Assembly (NCBI GenBank): GCA_051362555.1
Contig: CM120640.1
Coordinates: 59,064,788 to 59,128,787, forward strand
DNA: 64,000 nt
Source: Lingula anatina
Lineage: Eukaryota > Animalia > Brachiopoda
Direction: 5' to 3'
This document shows, in pieces, positions 49,097 to 59,188 of the stretch. Below the pieces are notes generated by a model, which worked only from the letters and a program-made list of their open reading frames with translations, was not told the DNA's origin and made no database searches. The position numbers and the translations under genes were made by a program. The number at the start of each line of letters is the position of its first letter. Within the stretch, counting starts at the first letter, position 1.

Positions 49097-52000
49097 GTGT
49101 GTGCGTGTGTGTGTGTGTGTGCGTGTGCGTATATGTGCATAATCAATCATTTAAAAATCACTTCAATTGAGGAAAAATATCTTAACGAAAAAATTTTTTT
49201 TTAAAATCACTGATAGCAAAGAATTATGAAATCAAAAGCAATTATATACCATTTATTTTCTGCGCATATATATCCATTGCTAAGTTACATCCTCTTGTAC
49301 AAAACTGCAGCTTTGAAAAGAAAAATGTAAATTGTTTATATTCCTATATAATAAATCTTTACTGTTTGAATAAACTATGTTTATTTTGCAGACTTTTTAC
49401 TGACAGATGGCAGAGGTAAAGTGATTGAATGATCCTAATGCCCATGAGCAATTACACAATAGAACAAAATCAAATATTAAGAAAGCTTTATTATTTTAGC
49501 ATGTTTCTGAAATGGTAACTTACTTGATTTTGATTGCTGCCTGAAGAGTTCTGAAATACAAGTATTCAATATCTCACTGGTAAATTAAATGCAAACAATT
49601 TAACTTTTTTGCAAAGAATATATAATGTAAACTTTGATAAGTTAAAATAAGACCCAACAGCAGAGATACATGTAGCAGGCAAGGGACAAGCTGAATAAAT
49701 CCAGATCCTCTCATTTTATACACTACTATCCTCTAAAAGGTTCTCTGCTAAAAGTCAAGAAGACATCCTAAAATAGATAATATAGGAATTAGTTCTAATA
49801 AAAACAAAATACTTACACATGCCTCACTGCAGGGTAGGACATTATTTGCACTCTTCCTCCATATATCACAACCATTCTGGCACTGAAAAAATTATATATA
49901 TTTTGTATAATATGCTACCTCTATTTAATATATATATATTTTTATGAAAAAATAAAAAACAATGCAATGTATCTATCTATAGAACATTCACACAGTATTG
50001 GACATTGAAATATTATTTCCACAGAAATATATTTCAACAATATTGGCAGATAGACAAATAAAAAGGCGCAGATATATATAAATGAATAAATGTTCATCTA
50101 AGAATTATTTCAACATTTCGAAAATATTTACACACAACTTGCTCACTGCATATTTTTATTCAAACTGTGAGGTCGATCTGTTTATAAATTGTGAAATGTG
50201 TATATGTGTAACCTTTGATGTAATGATGTCTAAAGAAGCCATTAGAGAAAAACACTATGCCCCTGTGTTACTATGTTTCCTTAGACACCTTTCAAACATC
50301 AGTCAATTTACTAAAATGTTTAATTAAAAAAAAACACCAAAGAGAACTTAACAAAAACATCATTTCCTCCCTCTGCTCTTGCAATTTTTTCCTTTTCAAA
50401 TAACAAATTTATGCTCATTAATTGGCATTGTAGTAACATTGTTATAGCTTTTTATGAATAACTTGCAGCATAACAACTCTCAGATAAAAAAATACAACTA
50501 AGGGTGCTTTCCCAGAGATTTAGATCGATCTAAAGATTAAGATTTAGATCGACCTAACTCCCTGGGGGTTCACGCTAAATTGCAGTCAGCCGAGCGGGCA
50601 CCATAGTTAATTACCCCTTTACAGCTTTTAGTAGGCGGGACAGATGCTTAAGCCGGCCAAGCCGACAGTAATCTAGTGAGACTCCCCACAGGGATAGATC
50701 GATCTAAAAATCTATGGAAATGGGGTGTAAGTCTGAGGCAGAAGTCAGACGTAAAAGTAAAGATGAAACTAATAGCAACAGGTGAATGTGAAATATGGAT
50801 CTAGAATGTCTATAACTTATCAAATGGTCAAAGAAGCAGACATCTAACTGAGAAAAATTGTTGGTCAAAGAGTTGCTGATGATGAACCTTCATATTTCAT
50901 TAATTTTGGGGAGAAATATTCCTGATAGAGGTTAAAAGATAATGGGAAAAAGAACAGTTTTTCAAGTATGCAGAATACAACTGTTTATAGGATTTCTACA
51001 AATTTAGTGGACAAATTCAGAGATGTTCCATGTATTCATTGTGTTTTTTGACTAAATTTTCCCATTGAACACCACAGAGATACCGCGAATGCTACCGAGT
51101 CAAAACTACCAAAAGCAATTCCATTATGTTAAATTAATCAAAAATTCATTGAAATACAACTGATAACTTTTTATCTGCTTTTTTATCCACTTGATCAAAG
51201 GTATCTATCTGGGATTTTCTTGCCAAATTGAATTCTCATCAAAAAAATTTTTCTTTGGATATGATGTTTCATTACATTTTAGTTAATAAAATAGCTTTGC
51301 AGAATAAGTAGATGTAAAAAATAAGACTTAGGGATATTTTCAAACACTGATGTTATACCCTTATCTAAAACCAGGAAACACAATATGGGCATGATAAGGA
51401 ACAGATTTTCTTATTTATTGCAAAAAATGGAAGTTTGCTTATATATCTGTTTCTGGGAAATGCTTAAATATAAGCATTGCCTTTCTCTGTCAGTTTTTGT
51501 CTGGATTATTTTTTTGCCTGTCCATCCTTTTCTGGGAACTTTCTTCATGGTGTATGTGCATTTTCACTAACTGCTTTACACAATAGAACAATCCTTGATC
51601 TTCAATTCAAAGCAATTAACATTTTAACAGATAGACTTATTTTTATTGTCAATATTTTTTCAGCGACTACAAAAGATGGAAAGAAAAAAACATCATCACA
51701 ATGTTATCTTCTTGCTGTAACATTTATTCTGACAAGAGCATATCAAATAACAGAAGCCACTGCTCTGGAACTAATATTCATTTCCTCCAATCTTTCAGCA
51801 GAAACTACAGAAAAAACTATTAGGATAGGATCAGCAACATAACCCAAAACACGTTTCCCAGGTTCTGACAAGCCGTCAAATAGATGTGATGAGAGAAAAA
51901 ACAGGCCATAATCATTTAGTGAGAAAGGTTTGAAGGATCCTACTCTTCAAAATGAATGCTGATGCTATTAGTGATTCAATCATGCAATTAAGATGGAACT

Positions 52001-55000
52001 CATTAGACTTTGTTTGGAAATATTTATGTTCAGCTATTCACACCCTTCCCAGAAGTTGATACAGCCACTTAGAGCTCATCAATTCCAGACATACCTACTA
52101 CTGTGCTCTTTTCTCACCCACCTGAATATTTGCACTCTAGCCTGTGAGGAAGCTCATTTATTTACTTAGATTGTAAGGTCATGGTCAGTTTCAAATGATC
52201 CTGTCTATCTTAAAAACATTTCTCTTCTTACATTTTGAAACTGCAAGTTGGAATTGAGCCCCTTTCAATGTCTGTTTTATAATAATTGGTTTGGATATTT
52301 ATATATGTCTGCCATTTGTGTACGGACAGGATCTTTTCAATAAGGAAAAATTATCCATCTTTCAGTCACATAAGTTTGGGATTGTTAATATGCTTCTGGG
52401 TAGGATTTGTAGTGCTCTTACTGTATAGAATAAAACTATAAGGTAGCCTGCTTTTCAGTTTTGTTGCCACCAATCAATACACATGTTCTGATCTTAAAGA
52501 TTTTATTATTCTTGTTTGTGATACTTCCTTGCAGAATTTTCACATGGTGTGTTCAACTCTCAGCTTTTTGGTGATTTAAAATAATATCAAGAATAAAAAT
52601 ATATAGCACTGAAATTAGTGCTGATCTGATTAGAAAAACAAATGTAACTGGTTGCTTGATAAGTACAGCACAGAAATAACTTAGGCAGACAGGTACACTG
52701 GTCAAAAGTAGCAAACACATTAGTGTCAAACATACATGGTGAAAGGAGAGAAGAAAAACAACATCAAAACTATTTGGTAAATCAAAAATGAGCTTACGTA
52801 AGAAAGATGATCATGAAACACTAGCCTTCTTATGAAGTGTTTTCCAAAGAAAATATACATAGGACCTCAGAAGGAGTATAACTTGAGTAATATTTTTGTA
52901 GAATCTAAAATCAAAACCTTTTAAGCACTTCAAAACACCACTACTGCATACTCTAAAACACTTCTTTGGTCCTTAAAACACTTGAACCCTGAGGAAATAG
53001 TGAGGATATGTGCACTAAATGTAAAATATCAAAACTGGAACAAAGACAAACAGAAAGAATATCTTATTGATAGTGACCCAATACACCATTAATATTAAGT
53101 TTTATTTGTTTCATGTTCGTTTTAAGTATATAAATAGTTCACAAACATGTTTTTTTAACAACAGGAATAATGTTTTTTAGACTTTTAGTGAAATTACAAG
53201 TGCCCTAAAACTGTTTCACAGTGGAGATAATGTGATCACTTATACTCACTGGTCTGTCTGACTGCCAAATTTCTGTCAGCAGAATAACTATGATAAGGGA
53301 TTTATATTTATCTAATTCTTAAGATTTGCTTGGAACACAAAGACCAACTTATTGAAAAAAAAAAAGAAAGATCATAAGTAACTAATTTTTAAACTGGTCA
53401 TCAGTCAATAAAAATATTTACTAGAAAAATAATCCAATCAGGCTAGTTGCAACAGACACAATTGAAGGCTATATATGTCCACACAAACAATGTCTATAAA
53501 GACTACATGGCAGCAAAGCAGTACTGATAACTTAACCAACTTAGAACTGCAACAAAACAACCGAATTTAGATACACAAGTGGCAGACAGAGCAAAATACA
53601 AGCAATGCATTGGACTTTTCCGACTCTGGATTGGGAATCTGAACTTTATCTGATTCTGTTAAATTGTTGTCTCTCTTGGGCAGTTAATACCAATTTAACC
53701 CTTTTTGACTCATACAGCTTGACAGGATGAAAAATTGCCAACTCAGCATGAAAGAATTTTCAAAAAATGAGCAAGTACTAGTATGTGAGAGTTCTGTTTT
53801 CTAATAAAAATGCTTTATAGATAAAGCTTTGTTATTACTGATTGATTACAGTCAAAATGAAAAATTGAAAATATACAAATCATTACTAAGTAATAAATGT
53901 AGAACAGCCTGCAGTGGTGGACATCCATCTACTTCATGAAGATGATTGAGGCTATAAGTATAAGAATTATTTTATCTAAGTGCCATCCTTTTCAATCACA
54001 GACGTCATGTTAACACTGTACAAAGATTGTCTCCTGCCAAGAAGTCATTGACATGACCATTATCATTACCCAAATCATGTATATAAAATAGTAATCATAT
54101 GATAAGCAGTCCACTTTTTCACTTGAAAGTAATAGAAAACAGGACCAATGCAGAGAGAATAAACCACAGTAAAATTCCTAAAACTAATTAAATTAGAGTA
54201 AGGGAACATTCAGAAGTATATCTTCATCACTCTATTCATCCTTTATGCATGCTGTAAAGACTTTTCAAGATGACAGGTGGCATAACAGTGAGTTCCTCAT
54301 GGGTGTGCTTCTATATGATGAAGATTCGCTATGCTGAATGTCTGCTATGATGAAGGTTCCCTATGGGGAAGGTTCACTATGCCTAATGGTTAGCAATGCC
54401 AATGGTCTGCTATGACAAATGATCATTATTCCGAAAAGTGTACAGCTAGAGCACAGAGACGATGAATAAAATATACTTTACTTTTTATATAAAATTATAA
54501 TTACCTCATAGTAAACTGTAATTAAACATGAATGTTAAATTCATGTGCACCTCTGCACTGTATTTAATGTAAAATTAAATTATAATGAAGTTATGTATCA
54601 GTTAATTGCATAATATGTAATAGATACAAGTTAAGCCTAGATTATCTTACATATGTGAAGTGATGTCCGTACTGTGCTCGTATACTGGCCATAAATTTCA
54701 TATACAACATAACCTAATTTCTTAAATTTCATATTATGTACTAATGTACAGGCATATATATCAGAACACTCAACTTCAGCAATCTCTTTACTTTCAAATC
54801 TATAAATGGTCTTAAATGCTGTTAGTAGTGTTAATTATTTTCATTAACTTTTACTGTAACTTTTTCTTGGTTAAAGCATGCATCTTAACACATTTTAAAA
54901 TGATGTGAAACTAATGTGCTGTTGTAAGAACAACACGTCATTATCTAACATCACGTCACATAAAGCTGTCCCCTGTCCCCTGACGCTGTTCAGCGTGTTG

Positions 55001-56518
55001 GGCTACTGAGAGAGGTGACCTGCACCAAGTAATATAATAGGCTCTTGTTTTGAAAGCAATACCCAAAGTCCTAATAAATATTGATAACTGAGCTTTTTTG
55101 GGAGGTTAGTGGCCCTAATTGTCCCACAAAATATTTCAAGTTTTAAAGCATGCACTCATATAGCTTTGCATACTACAGCAATTTTGTTTACCCATGCTAA
55201 ATAAGTACAGGCGCTTTGTCAGCACCTAGAACAATATCCCACAACACACTCCTTCAGTGAAAGTATTGCTAAAAACACCTGTCTGCTGAATTTGAACTAT
55301 TTCTAACATATCAGTGCATGTTTTTCTAACTGACAGCAGTAGCAAAATACAAATTGCCATATTCTTATTCAAATGACTTAAACAGCTAGATGACATTTCA
55401 CTTTTCCTGCTATTACGGAAATATGTGATTTCCTCTATCTGGTTTCATGAATCATTACTGCCTACACTTTAATCTCTCTGACTACTCTTGTCATTGTGAC
55501 TGCTAAGAAGTGGATAGTCTGGTAATCAGAAACTCTAAATGTAAATTGTTTTCAATAAGTCATAAAATAGAGAACTTAAAAAGCAAATTCTTGTCTCTTC
55601 ATGCTGGCAGGCAAAATATTCCAGCTGTTTACTGAGCTTAAATCTCTCTAAGGAATCACAACACCAAGAGACGAAAAATGAAAAAAAAAATGATTTGTCA
55701 GCTTATCAAGCAATATGAAATATCAATTTGCTGGAAAGTTTATAATGAAACTCGTGGGAGGCCATTTGGTATGGGATTAGGCACCATGAATTGATCCAAT
55801 ACCTTACCATTTTTGGTTAGCCACCATGCATGCTAGTACATAGTTATCTGTTTCTTGTAAATACAAGACAAGAACATGTTTAACTTTGAGAGAAATCAAT
55901 GAAAATATGATAAAATGTAATATATTTTTGTCATTTTCTTACACCTCTCCTGATAATGTCTTTCCGATGGAAAATTGACATCGAAGAATGAGTCAAATAT
56001 TTGGTTCAAAATAATGTGATACAAACTGCATTGGATGCTTTGTCTTGGTTTGGCTAAGGCTTCATTTCTGATGAATGCCAGACTTTCTTGTTTTGATAGA
56101 TGCATGGGCGACCAGCTCATACTATTCTCTTGGACACTGAAAATACACTTGTCAAAACGAATTCCAGACCTCTTCCTATAGCAGGTGCAACAGGGAAGAG
56201 AATTGATATCCCAGAGAATGATGCCCACTAACTCACACTTCCTTGAAATCATACATTATCATGAATAAAACATAACCTATGAAAAATCAAATCAAGGATG
56301 CTGTTGAAAATCCCTGAGAATGTGACTTTCATGACTTTATAGTATCCATAAACAAATATTTCAACTGTTATGTATTAACAGGGTTCTGGCTCTTAATTCT
56401 GTATGTACATTCAACCCTTGTAATGGGTTTAAAAAGAGAATGCATGAATGTTTTACACTACCTGTGTTTCTCTGCAAGATGTGTTGCACTTCAGATCATC
56501 AAAGTAATTCACATCATT
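8332..56518 (-). CDS. ROS1: ROS1/Sevenless-family receptor tyrosine kinase; 42 exons joined (7995 nt, about 2664 aa), signal-peptide exon not located
   Basis: N-terminal Cys-rich domain, FN3 repeats alternating with three YWTD-type propeller regions, and a single TM segment. The juxtamembrane region reads [12 protein letters not shown]; the kinase reads [70 protein letters not shown]. All exon phases are mutually consistent. Confidence 0.95.
11325..13454 (-). mobile_element. HINE family A copy 1 (non-autonomous Helentron/DINE-1-like)
   Basis: Element 5' hairpin atgtacagacacatctgtgtctgtacat next to a T-run, (gtcgcc)n microsatellite, 159-bp tandem units (12904, 13063, 13222), an internal ~400-bp duplication, and a 3' sub-TIR plus hairpin ending CTTGTT. 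Confidence 0.85.
13505..13633 (-). CDS. ROS1: ROS1 exon (post-kinase, [12 protein letters not shown])
   Basis: ctacag| acceptor, |gtaagt donor, phase 1-1, open frame. Confidence 0.8.
15273..15424 (-). CDS. ROS1: ROS1 kinase C-lobe end exon
   Basis: [18 protein letters not shown]. Confidence 0.92.
15860..15994 (-). CDS. ROS1: ROS1 kinase exon
   Basis: [34 protein letters not shown]. Confidence 0.95.
16383..16577 (-). CDS. ROS1: ROS1 kinase exon (catalytic and activation loops)
   Basis: [31 protein letters not shown]. Confidence 0.96.
16889..16986 (-). CDS. ROS1: ROS1 kinase exon
   Basis: [28 protein letters not shown]. Confidence 0.95.
17353..17547 (-). CDS. ROS1: ROS1 kinase exon (alphaC to hinge)
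   Basis: [46 protein letters not shown]. Confidence 0.95.
17566..17699 (-). mobile_element. Miniature HINE family A derivative
   Basis: Only the 5' hairpin/microsatellite block, joined to a CTTGTT end and inserted in a T-run. Confidence 0.8.
17854..19831 (-). mobile_element. HINE family A copy 2
   Basis: Same termini and body as 11325-13454, with one more 159-bp unit. Confidence 0.85.
19883..20045 (-). CDS. ROS1: ROS1 kinase exon (Gly-rich loop)
   Basis: [30 protein letters not shown]. Confidence 0.95.
20193..20352 (-). CDS. ROS1: ROS1 juxtamembrane exon
   Basis: [28 protein letters not shown]. Confidence 0.9.
20530..20637 (-). CDS. ROS1: ROS1 transmembrane exon
   Basis: [22 protein letters not shown]; the acceptor is ambiguous (tandem NAG at 20637/20634/20631). 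Confidence 0.9.
20821..22950. mobile_element. Unclassified non-autonomous DNA transposon, 21-bp TIRs, 4-bp TSD
   Basis: CAGTCATTCTTTGCTAGTGGT (20821-20841) versus ACCACTAGCAAAGAATGACAG (22930-22950), 20/21 inverted match. ATTA sits directly outside both ends and the interior is CpG-rich. Confidence 0.8.
23137..23306 (-). CDS. ROS1: ROS1 FN3 exon
   Basis: [24 protein letters not shown]. Confidence 0.9.
23368..23806 (-). mobile_element. Old, degenerate relative of HINE family B
   Basis: One satellite unit (gattgccaatatgtgactttctattcaagttcaacggtaactatgga) and the terminal catgtgtaccaccag, shared with 35880-38675. Confidence 0.6.
23989..24112 (-). CDS. ROS1: ROS1 FN3 exon
   Basis: [28 protein letters not shown]. 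Confidence 0.88.
24117..24164. repeat. (AAT)n microsatellite
   Basis: Perfect trinucleotide run abutting a ROS1 acceptor. Confidence 0.95.
24398..24587 (-). CDS. ROS1: ROS1 FN3 exon
   Basis: [20 protein letters not shown]. Confidence 0.88.
24837..24887. repeat. (TA)n microsatellite
   Basis: Perfect AT run. Confidence 0.95.
24939..25115 (-). CDS. ROS1: ROS1 FN3 exon
   Basis: [26 protein letters not shown]. Confidence 0.88.
25161..25608 (+). mobile_element. Penelope-like retroelement remnant with inverted pseudo-LTR
   Basis: ~150-bp inverted arms (25161-25313 and 25459-25608) flank [31 protein letters not shown], the C-terminal signature of the Penelope GIY-YIG endonuclease. Confidence 0.85.
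25859..26094 (-). CDS. ROS1: ROS1 FN3 exon
   Basis: [25 protein letters not shown]. Confidence 0.9.
26372..26510 (-). CDS. ROS1: ROS1 FN3 exon
   Basis: [21 protein letters not shown]. Confidence 0.9.
26788..26969 (-). CDS. ROS1: ROS1 ectodomain exon
   Basis: [22 protein letters not shown]. Confidence 0.88.
27152..27322 (-). CDS. ROS1: ROS1 propeller exon
   Basis: [21 protein letters not shown]. Confidence 0.88.
27578..27888 (-). CDS. ROS1: ROS1 propeller exon with RRRKR site
   Basis: [32 protein letters not shown]. Confidence 0.9.
28168..28376 (-). CDS. ROS1: ROS1 propeller exon
   Basis: [14 protein letters not shown]. Confidence 0.9.
28446..28651. mobile_element. Palindromic MITE, PIF/Harbinger (Tourist)-like
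   Basis: Near full-length inverted repeat (cattcacaacc..gatc..atatggccaacccactt versus aagtgagttggccatat..gatc..ggttgtgaatg). Starts GGGC and is flanked by TAA/TGA. Confidence 0.7.
28806..29008 (-). CDS. ROS1: ROS1 propeller exon
   Basis: [19 protein letters not shown]. Confidence 0.9.
29271..29334 (-). CDS. ROS1: ROS1 FN3 exon
   Basis: [13 protein letters not shown]. Confidence 0.85.
29668..29906 (-). CDS. ROS1: ROS1 FN3 exon
   Basis: [33 protein letters not shown]. Confidence 0.9.
30152..30281 (-). CDS. ROS1: ROS1 FN3 exon
   Basis: [21 protein letters not shown]. Confidence 0.9.
30554..30741 (-). CDS. ROS1: ROS1 FN3 exon
   Basis: [21 protein letters not shown]. Confidence 0.9.
31036..31196 (-). 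CDS. ROS1: ROS1 propeller exon
   Basis: [13 protein letters not shown]. Confidence 0.87.
31470..31822 (-). CDS. ROS1: ROS1 propeller exon
   Basis: [40 protein letters not shown]. Confidence 0.93.
31995..32164 (-). CDS. ROS1: ROS1 propeller exon
   Basis: [15 protein letters not shown]. Confidence 0.92.
33090..33206 (-). CDS. ROS1: ROS1 ectodomain exon
   Basis: GLYLTNAIG, phase 1-1, AG/GT bounded. Confidence 0.82.
33255..33616. mobile_element. MITE with 18-bp TIR, Kolobok-like
   Basis: Perfect TIR GGAGGCTCTCTCATATTA / TAATATGAGAGAGCCTCC with flanks TTTA and TTAA; purine-purine termini plus a TTAA target fit Kolobok. Confidence 0.75.
33756..33962 (-). CDS. ROS1: ROS1 FN3 exon
   Basis: [30 protein letters not shown]. 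Confidence 0.92.
34318..34410 (-). CDS. ROS1: ROS1 FN3 exon
   Basis: [19 protein letters not shown]. Confidence 0.85.
34687..35117 (-). CDS. ROS1: ROS1 propeller exon
   Basis: GYLYWTQ..MKANLDG..EEYD..QPVP. Confidence 0.92.
35472..35572 (-). CDS. ROS1: ROS1 propeller exon
   Basis: [17 protein letters not shown]. Confidence 0.88.
35880..38675 (-). mobile_element. HINE family B carrying a ~146-bp satellite array
   Basis: 15-bp sub-TIR tattgtaccaccagc (35915) / gctggtggtacaata (38660), 5' hairpin 38643-38670, ggcggagcc microsatellite, 3' hairpin gaggcg..cgcctc ending CTAGTT, and tandem units at 36090-37685. Confidence 0.85.
39142..39187. repeat. (GA)n microsatellite, interrupted
   Basis: gagagagag runs. 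Confidence 0.85.
40320..40495 (-). CDS. ROS1: ROS1 propeller exon
   Basis: [20 protein letters not shown]. Confidence 0.9.
40842..41571 (-). mobile_element. HINE family C, degenerate, with internal tandem units
   Basis: 5' hairpin atccctgactttttctcaaaagtgcagggat, 3' end CTAGTT, repeated ggaggagt(a/t)agcaaaaattaca units; a related terminal fragment lies at about 59190-59342 (+). Confidence 0.65.
42133..44870 (-). mobile_element. HINE family A copy 3 (longer, more diverged, composite)
   Basis: Same termini; internal blocks duplicated or reordered; contains a long A-run (42824-42867) and a nested MITE. Confidence 0.8.
42296..42463. mobile_element. hAT-like MITE nested in the HINE, 6-bp TSD
   Basis: CAGGAGCAGATCCAG ... 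AATCCGCCCCTG (CAGGGGCGGAT-type TIR), with CAATAA directly on both sides. Confidence 0.65.
46094..46216 (-). CDS. ROS1: ROS1 ectodomain exon
   Basis: [18 protein letters not shown]. Confidence 0.87.
47699..47989 (-). CDS. ROS1: ROS1 FN3 exon
   Basis: [43 protein letters not shown]. Confidence 0.94.
48226..48307 (-). CDS. ROS1: ROS1 FN3 exon
   Basis: [27 protein letters not shown]. Confidence 0.87.
48821..49038 (-). CDS. ROS1: ROS1 first FN3 exon
   Basis: [22 protein letters not shown]. Confidence 0.9.
49066..49138. repeat. (GT)n/(GC) microsatellite
   Basis: tgtgtg..gcgtgtg run. Confidence 0.9.
49250..49310 (-). CDS. ROS1: ROS1 Cys-rich N-terminal exon
   Basis: [15 protein letters not shown]. 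Confidence 0.82.
49524..49550 (-). CDS. ROS1: ROS1 27-nt microexon
   Basis: atttcag|NSSGSNQNQ|gtaagt, phase 0-0. Confidence 0.75.
49817..49882 (-). CDS. ROS1: ROS1 Cys-rich N-terminal exon
   Basis: [22 protein letters not shown] (compare human CIQGCHFW..CALKC). Confidence 0.87.
50502..50727. mobile_element. Tourist-like MITE
   Basis: Imperfect TIRs containing TAGATCGATCTA, TAA on both flanks; an inverted, truncated relative lies at about 59030-59188. Confidence 0.65.
54310..54435. repeat. Degenerate ~15-bp minisatellite
   Basis: Recurrent ctatg(a/c)tgaagg(t)tc-like units. Confidence 0.6.
56462..56518 (-). CDS. ROS1: ROS1 most 5' coding exon found
   Basis: ttttttccag|[19 protein letters not shown]|gtagtg, phase 0-0. 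Confidence 0.75.
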
Positions 56519-59029
56519 CTGGAAAAAAGTGTTAAACTTTGATAAATATAAATTGAAAACACTGCATCAATCTGTAAGCAAAACAATGAAAATTTAAAGA
56601 ATTTTAACAAATTTAATGAAAAAAAAATCCCATTTGCCATCTACATTTTCACAGGAAATCCCAGTTTTTTAAAAAATCAACAAGTCACTCATGACACTCA
56701 TGACTTGCTGGTCATGCCATTATTGTTGCAGGAATCACAAAATTATCAATCTTCATATTTTAAGTTATTTGATCATTATTATCTTAATTAGGTACTCAAA
56801 TGTGTGATATAATATAAATGAATAGATCTTATAGGTTCAGTTTATTCTTAGTAACTGTTGTGACTTTCCAGTCTGGCTAATAGGTACAACCAGTGCAATT
56901 TATGGGTTTACCTTGACATCAGGACCATTATCATACTTCTCCTGATATATGATCTTTTGATTTATTTTGCTAACAGAGGTCAATTTTTTACATGAATACA
57001 TGTAGATGGCAATTTGTCAAGTTACCCTAAGCTATTTAAGAAGAGGTTACCAGTTGAGAGTTCAGAAGGTAAAGTCATATGTCAATGTGACTGATATTAA
57101 CTGAGGCTTCCATCCAATTTTAAGACCACTTTTCCTTTAACATATGCAATATGTTTATTTGGAACTTGAAATGTTAGGTTTTATTAGGGATGCTTCATTA
57201 TCTGCATAATGAAATGAAAATCAAATGTTACAATCAAAATGTTTTAAGTTTAAAATCCTTGAAAATTTTCAGAGAAAGGGTCACTGTTAAAAGTATATAA
57301 TGTGTGTTGACCAATTTCTAACAACTTTTTGACACTTGCTTTTGGCAGCAGAAATTTTTAGGTCGAACAGAATGAATCACCCTCATTAATTATATTTTTC
57401 TTTGTGGGTTTGTTGAAAGCAGAGTAGTAGACTGTGGCTTTTCAAAAAGCCACAGACTATTGCCTTATTGCTGGCCGAGCTAACTTAAACATTTTTGCAT
57501 CATAAAAGTTATTTTTTTTACCCCCACATTTAACTTCCAAATGCCAAATTGTGTAAGCCATTTTACAATCTTAAATATTCAACTATGCCTAAAAGAAAAG
57601 AAATTAACAACTACGCAAAGTTTTACAAAGCAATGCAGAAGAGTTCACTGACTAGTGATAATAATGTCTGGTTCACTTTCCCTCAGACATCTAAAGAAAA
57701 AGACAATTTAGAATTTTGATAACTTTTCAAAGGCACTGCTATAACTCTAAATGTCATAAAGTAACTTAATGACTGAATGACTGTATGTGCATCACTTCAT
57801 TTTCTTGAGGGTATATTGGAAAGAGGAAACCTGAAATAATGAACTTTAGAGAAAGCATTCCCTTCCAAATCCAGAAAATACAAAAGTTAGTGGAAAGAAA
57901 TAATTGAAACCCCATCAATTTTCTTAGCAACTACTGGTTACATTCTATGCCACATGTTCAGCTGTTTTTTCACTCACTAAATCTAGGAAAGCAGACTGTT
58001 AGGTATTTTTCTGCCCATCCCATGACCTGTGTGACATTTTGGTATGGTATTTCAACTCTGTGGCACCTATCCATGTCTTTACACTATCAAAATTACGTTG
58101 CACTTCATGTAGTAACATGAACCTGAAACACTAATCTAAATCTAAGAAAATCATGTTACTACAGCAATATATGAAACCATGCATTCCCTTGAGCGTGTTT
58201 ATAGGATGATATAGCACAGATTAGTAGTGCAAAGCAAGCTTCTGTGGCACATTTCCCCATTATTTTTCCGTTGTTTTTCCGTTTGTTTCTGCTTTTCTTT
58301 CTCTTTACATAGTATACTCATACTGTTTAACTAAGTGATTTAAGTCTAAAATCAGTCTTGGCAAAGACTATTTTGATTCTAGAAGACTTAGGCCATTCTT
58401 TTTTCAAAACCTCAACATCTAGAGCACATTGCAATAGTCTTGACAATCACATCCATTCTAAATAATGACAATAACTTATTTGAGTACTACCTTAACTGTG
58501 GGGCAATCATCCAAAGAACATTCTTAGACCAATATCTGAAAGCTGAACTCACATAACTGACTGTCCAAGTTTGGCTGTCTTATCTAAACCTAAAAAAACA
58601 ATACGTTTTGTGACAGAGTAGAAATAGCCTAATTTGACTTCTTCATCTACTTCTTCATCATCTACATAATGGGACTGTTCAAAAGTTACCTGTATACATA
58701 CTATCCACCTCTATCATACTATTTCAGCCATCTTTTTATTGTTTGTTTAAAGTAGGTGTTGAATTGTGCTCCTATTTAGAGATTGAAGGGGAGCAGCGGG
58801 ATTGGACTGAAATGGCTGGAAAGAAGGGGGTTAAATGGGATTTTTAAGAAACTAGGATGGCATTTTAGAAAATGAGAAGTACATAAGCGGCTACAATGAA
58901 AAAAAAACCCTATAGCCAGAAGAAACTTTTTTATCTCTGCACTTCTGGGACAAAAGTCGGGGATCATGTTAACTCGCCCGTCTGAGTATCTATGAGTTCG
59001 TGGGTATGAGAGTCTGTGTGTTAGTAATT

Positions 59030-59188
59030 CCTACTCTAGGAGCTGTTAGGGGGTAATTAACTATCGTTTAGCAACTTTAGTAGGCATGCCAGACAGCTAA
59101 GCCAATTAAGCTGAAAGCAATTTAGTGAGAAACCCCTTGAAGATGGATCGATCCTGTTAGATCAATCTAGGTATGGGAATGGGATCTT
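59030..59188. mobile_element. Truncated copy of the 50502-50727 MITE
   Basis: agctgttagggggtaattaactat and gcaatttagtgagaaacccc are reverse-complement matches to the 50.5-kb element. Confidence 0.55.

Noticed and set aside
51477-51842. 121-aa plus-strand ORF with an acceptor-like site at 51663
   Set aside because: Non-ATG start, no domain resemblance, and no partner exon identified.
58491-58589. AG/GT-bounded minus-strand segment ending ECSLDDCPTVK as the missing ROS1 upstream exon
   Set aside because: The frame required to join exon 56518 contains a TAA, and there is no signal peptide.
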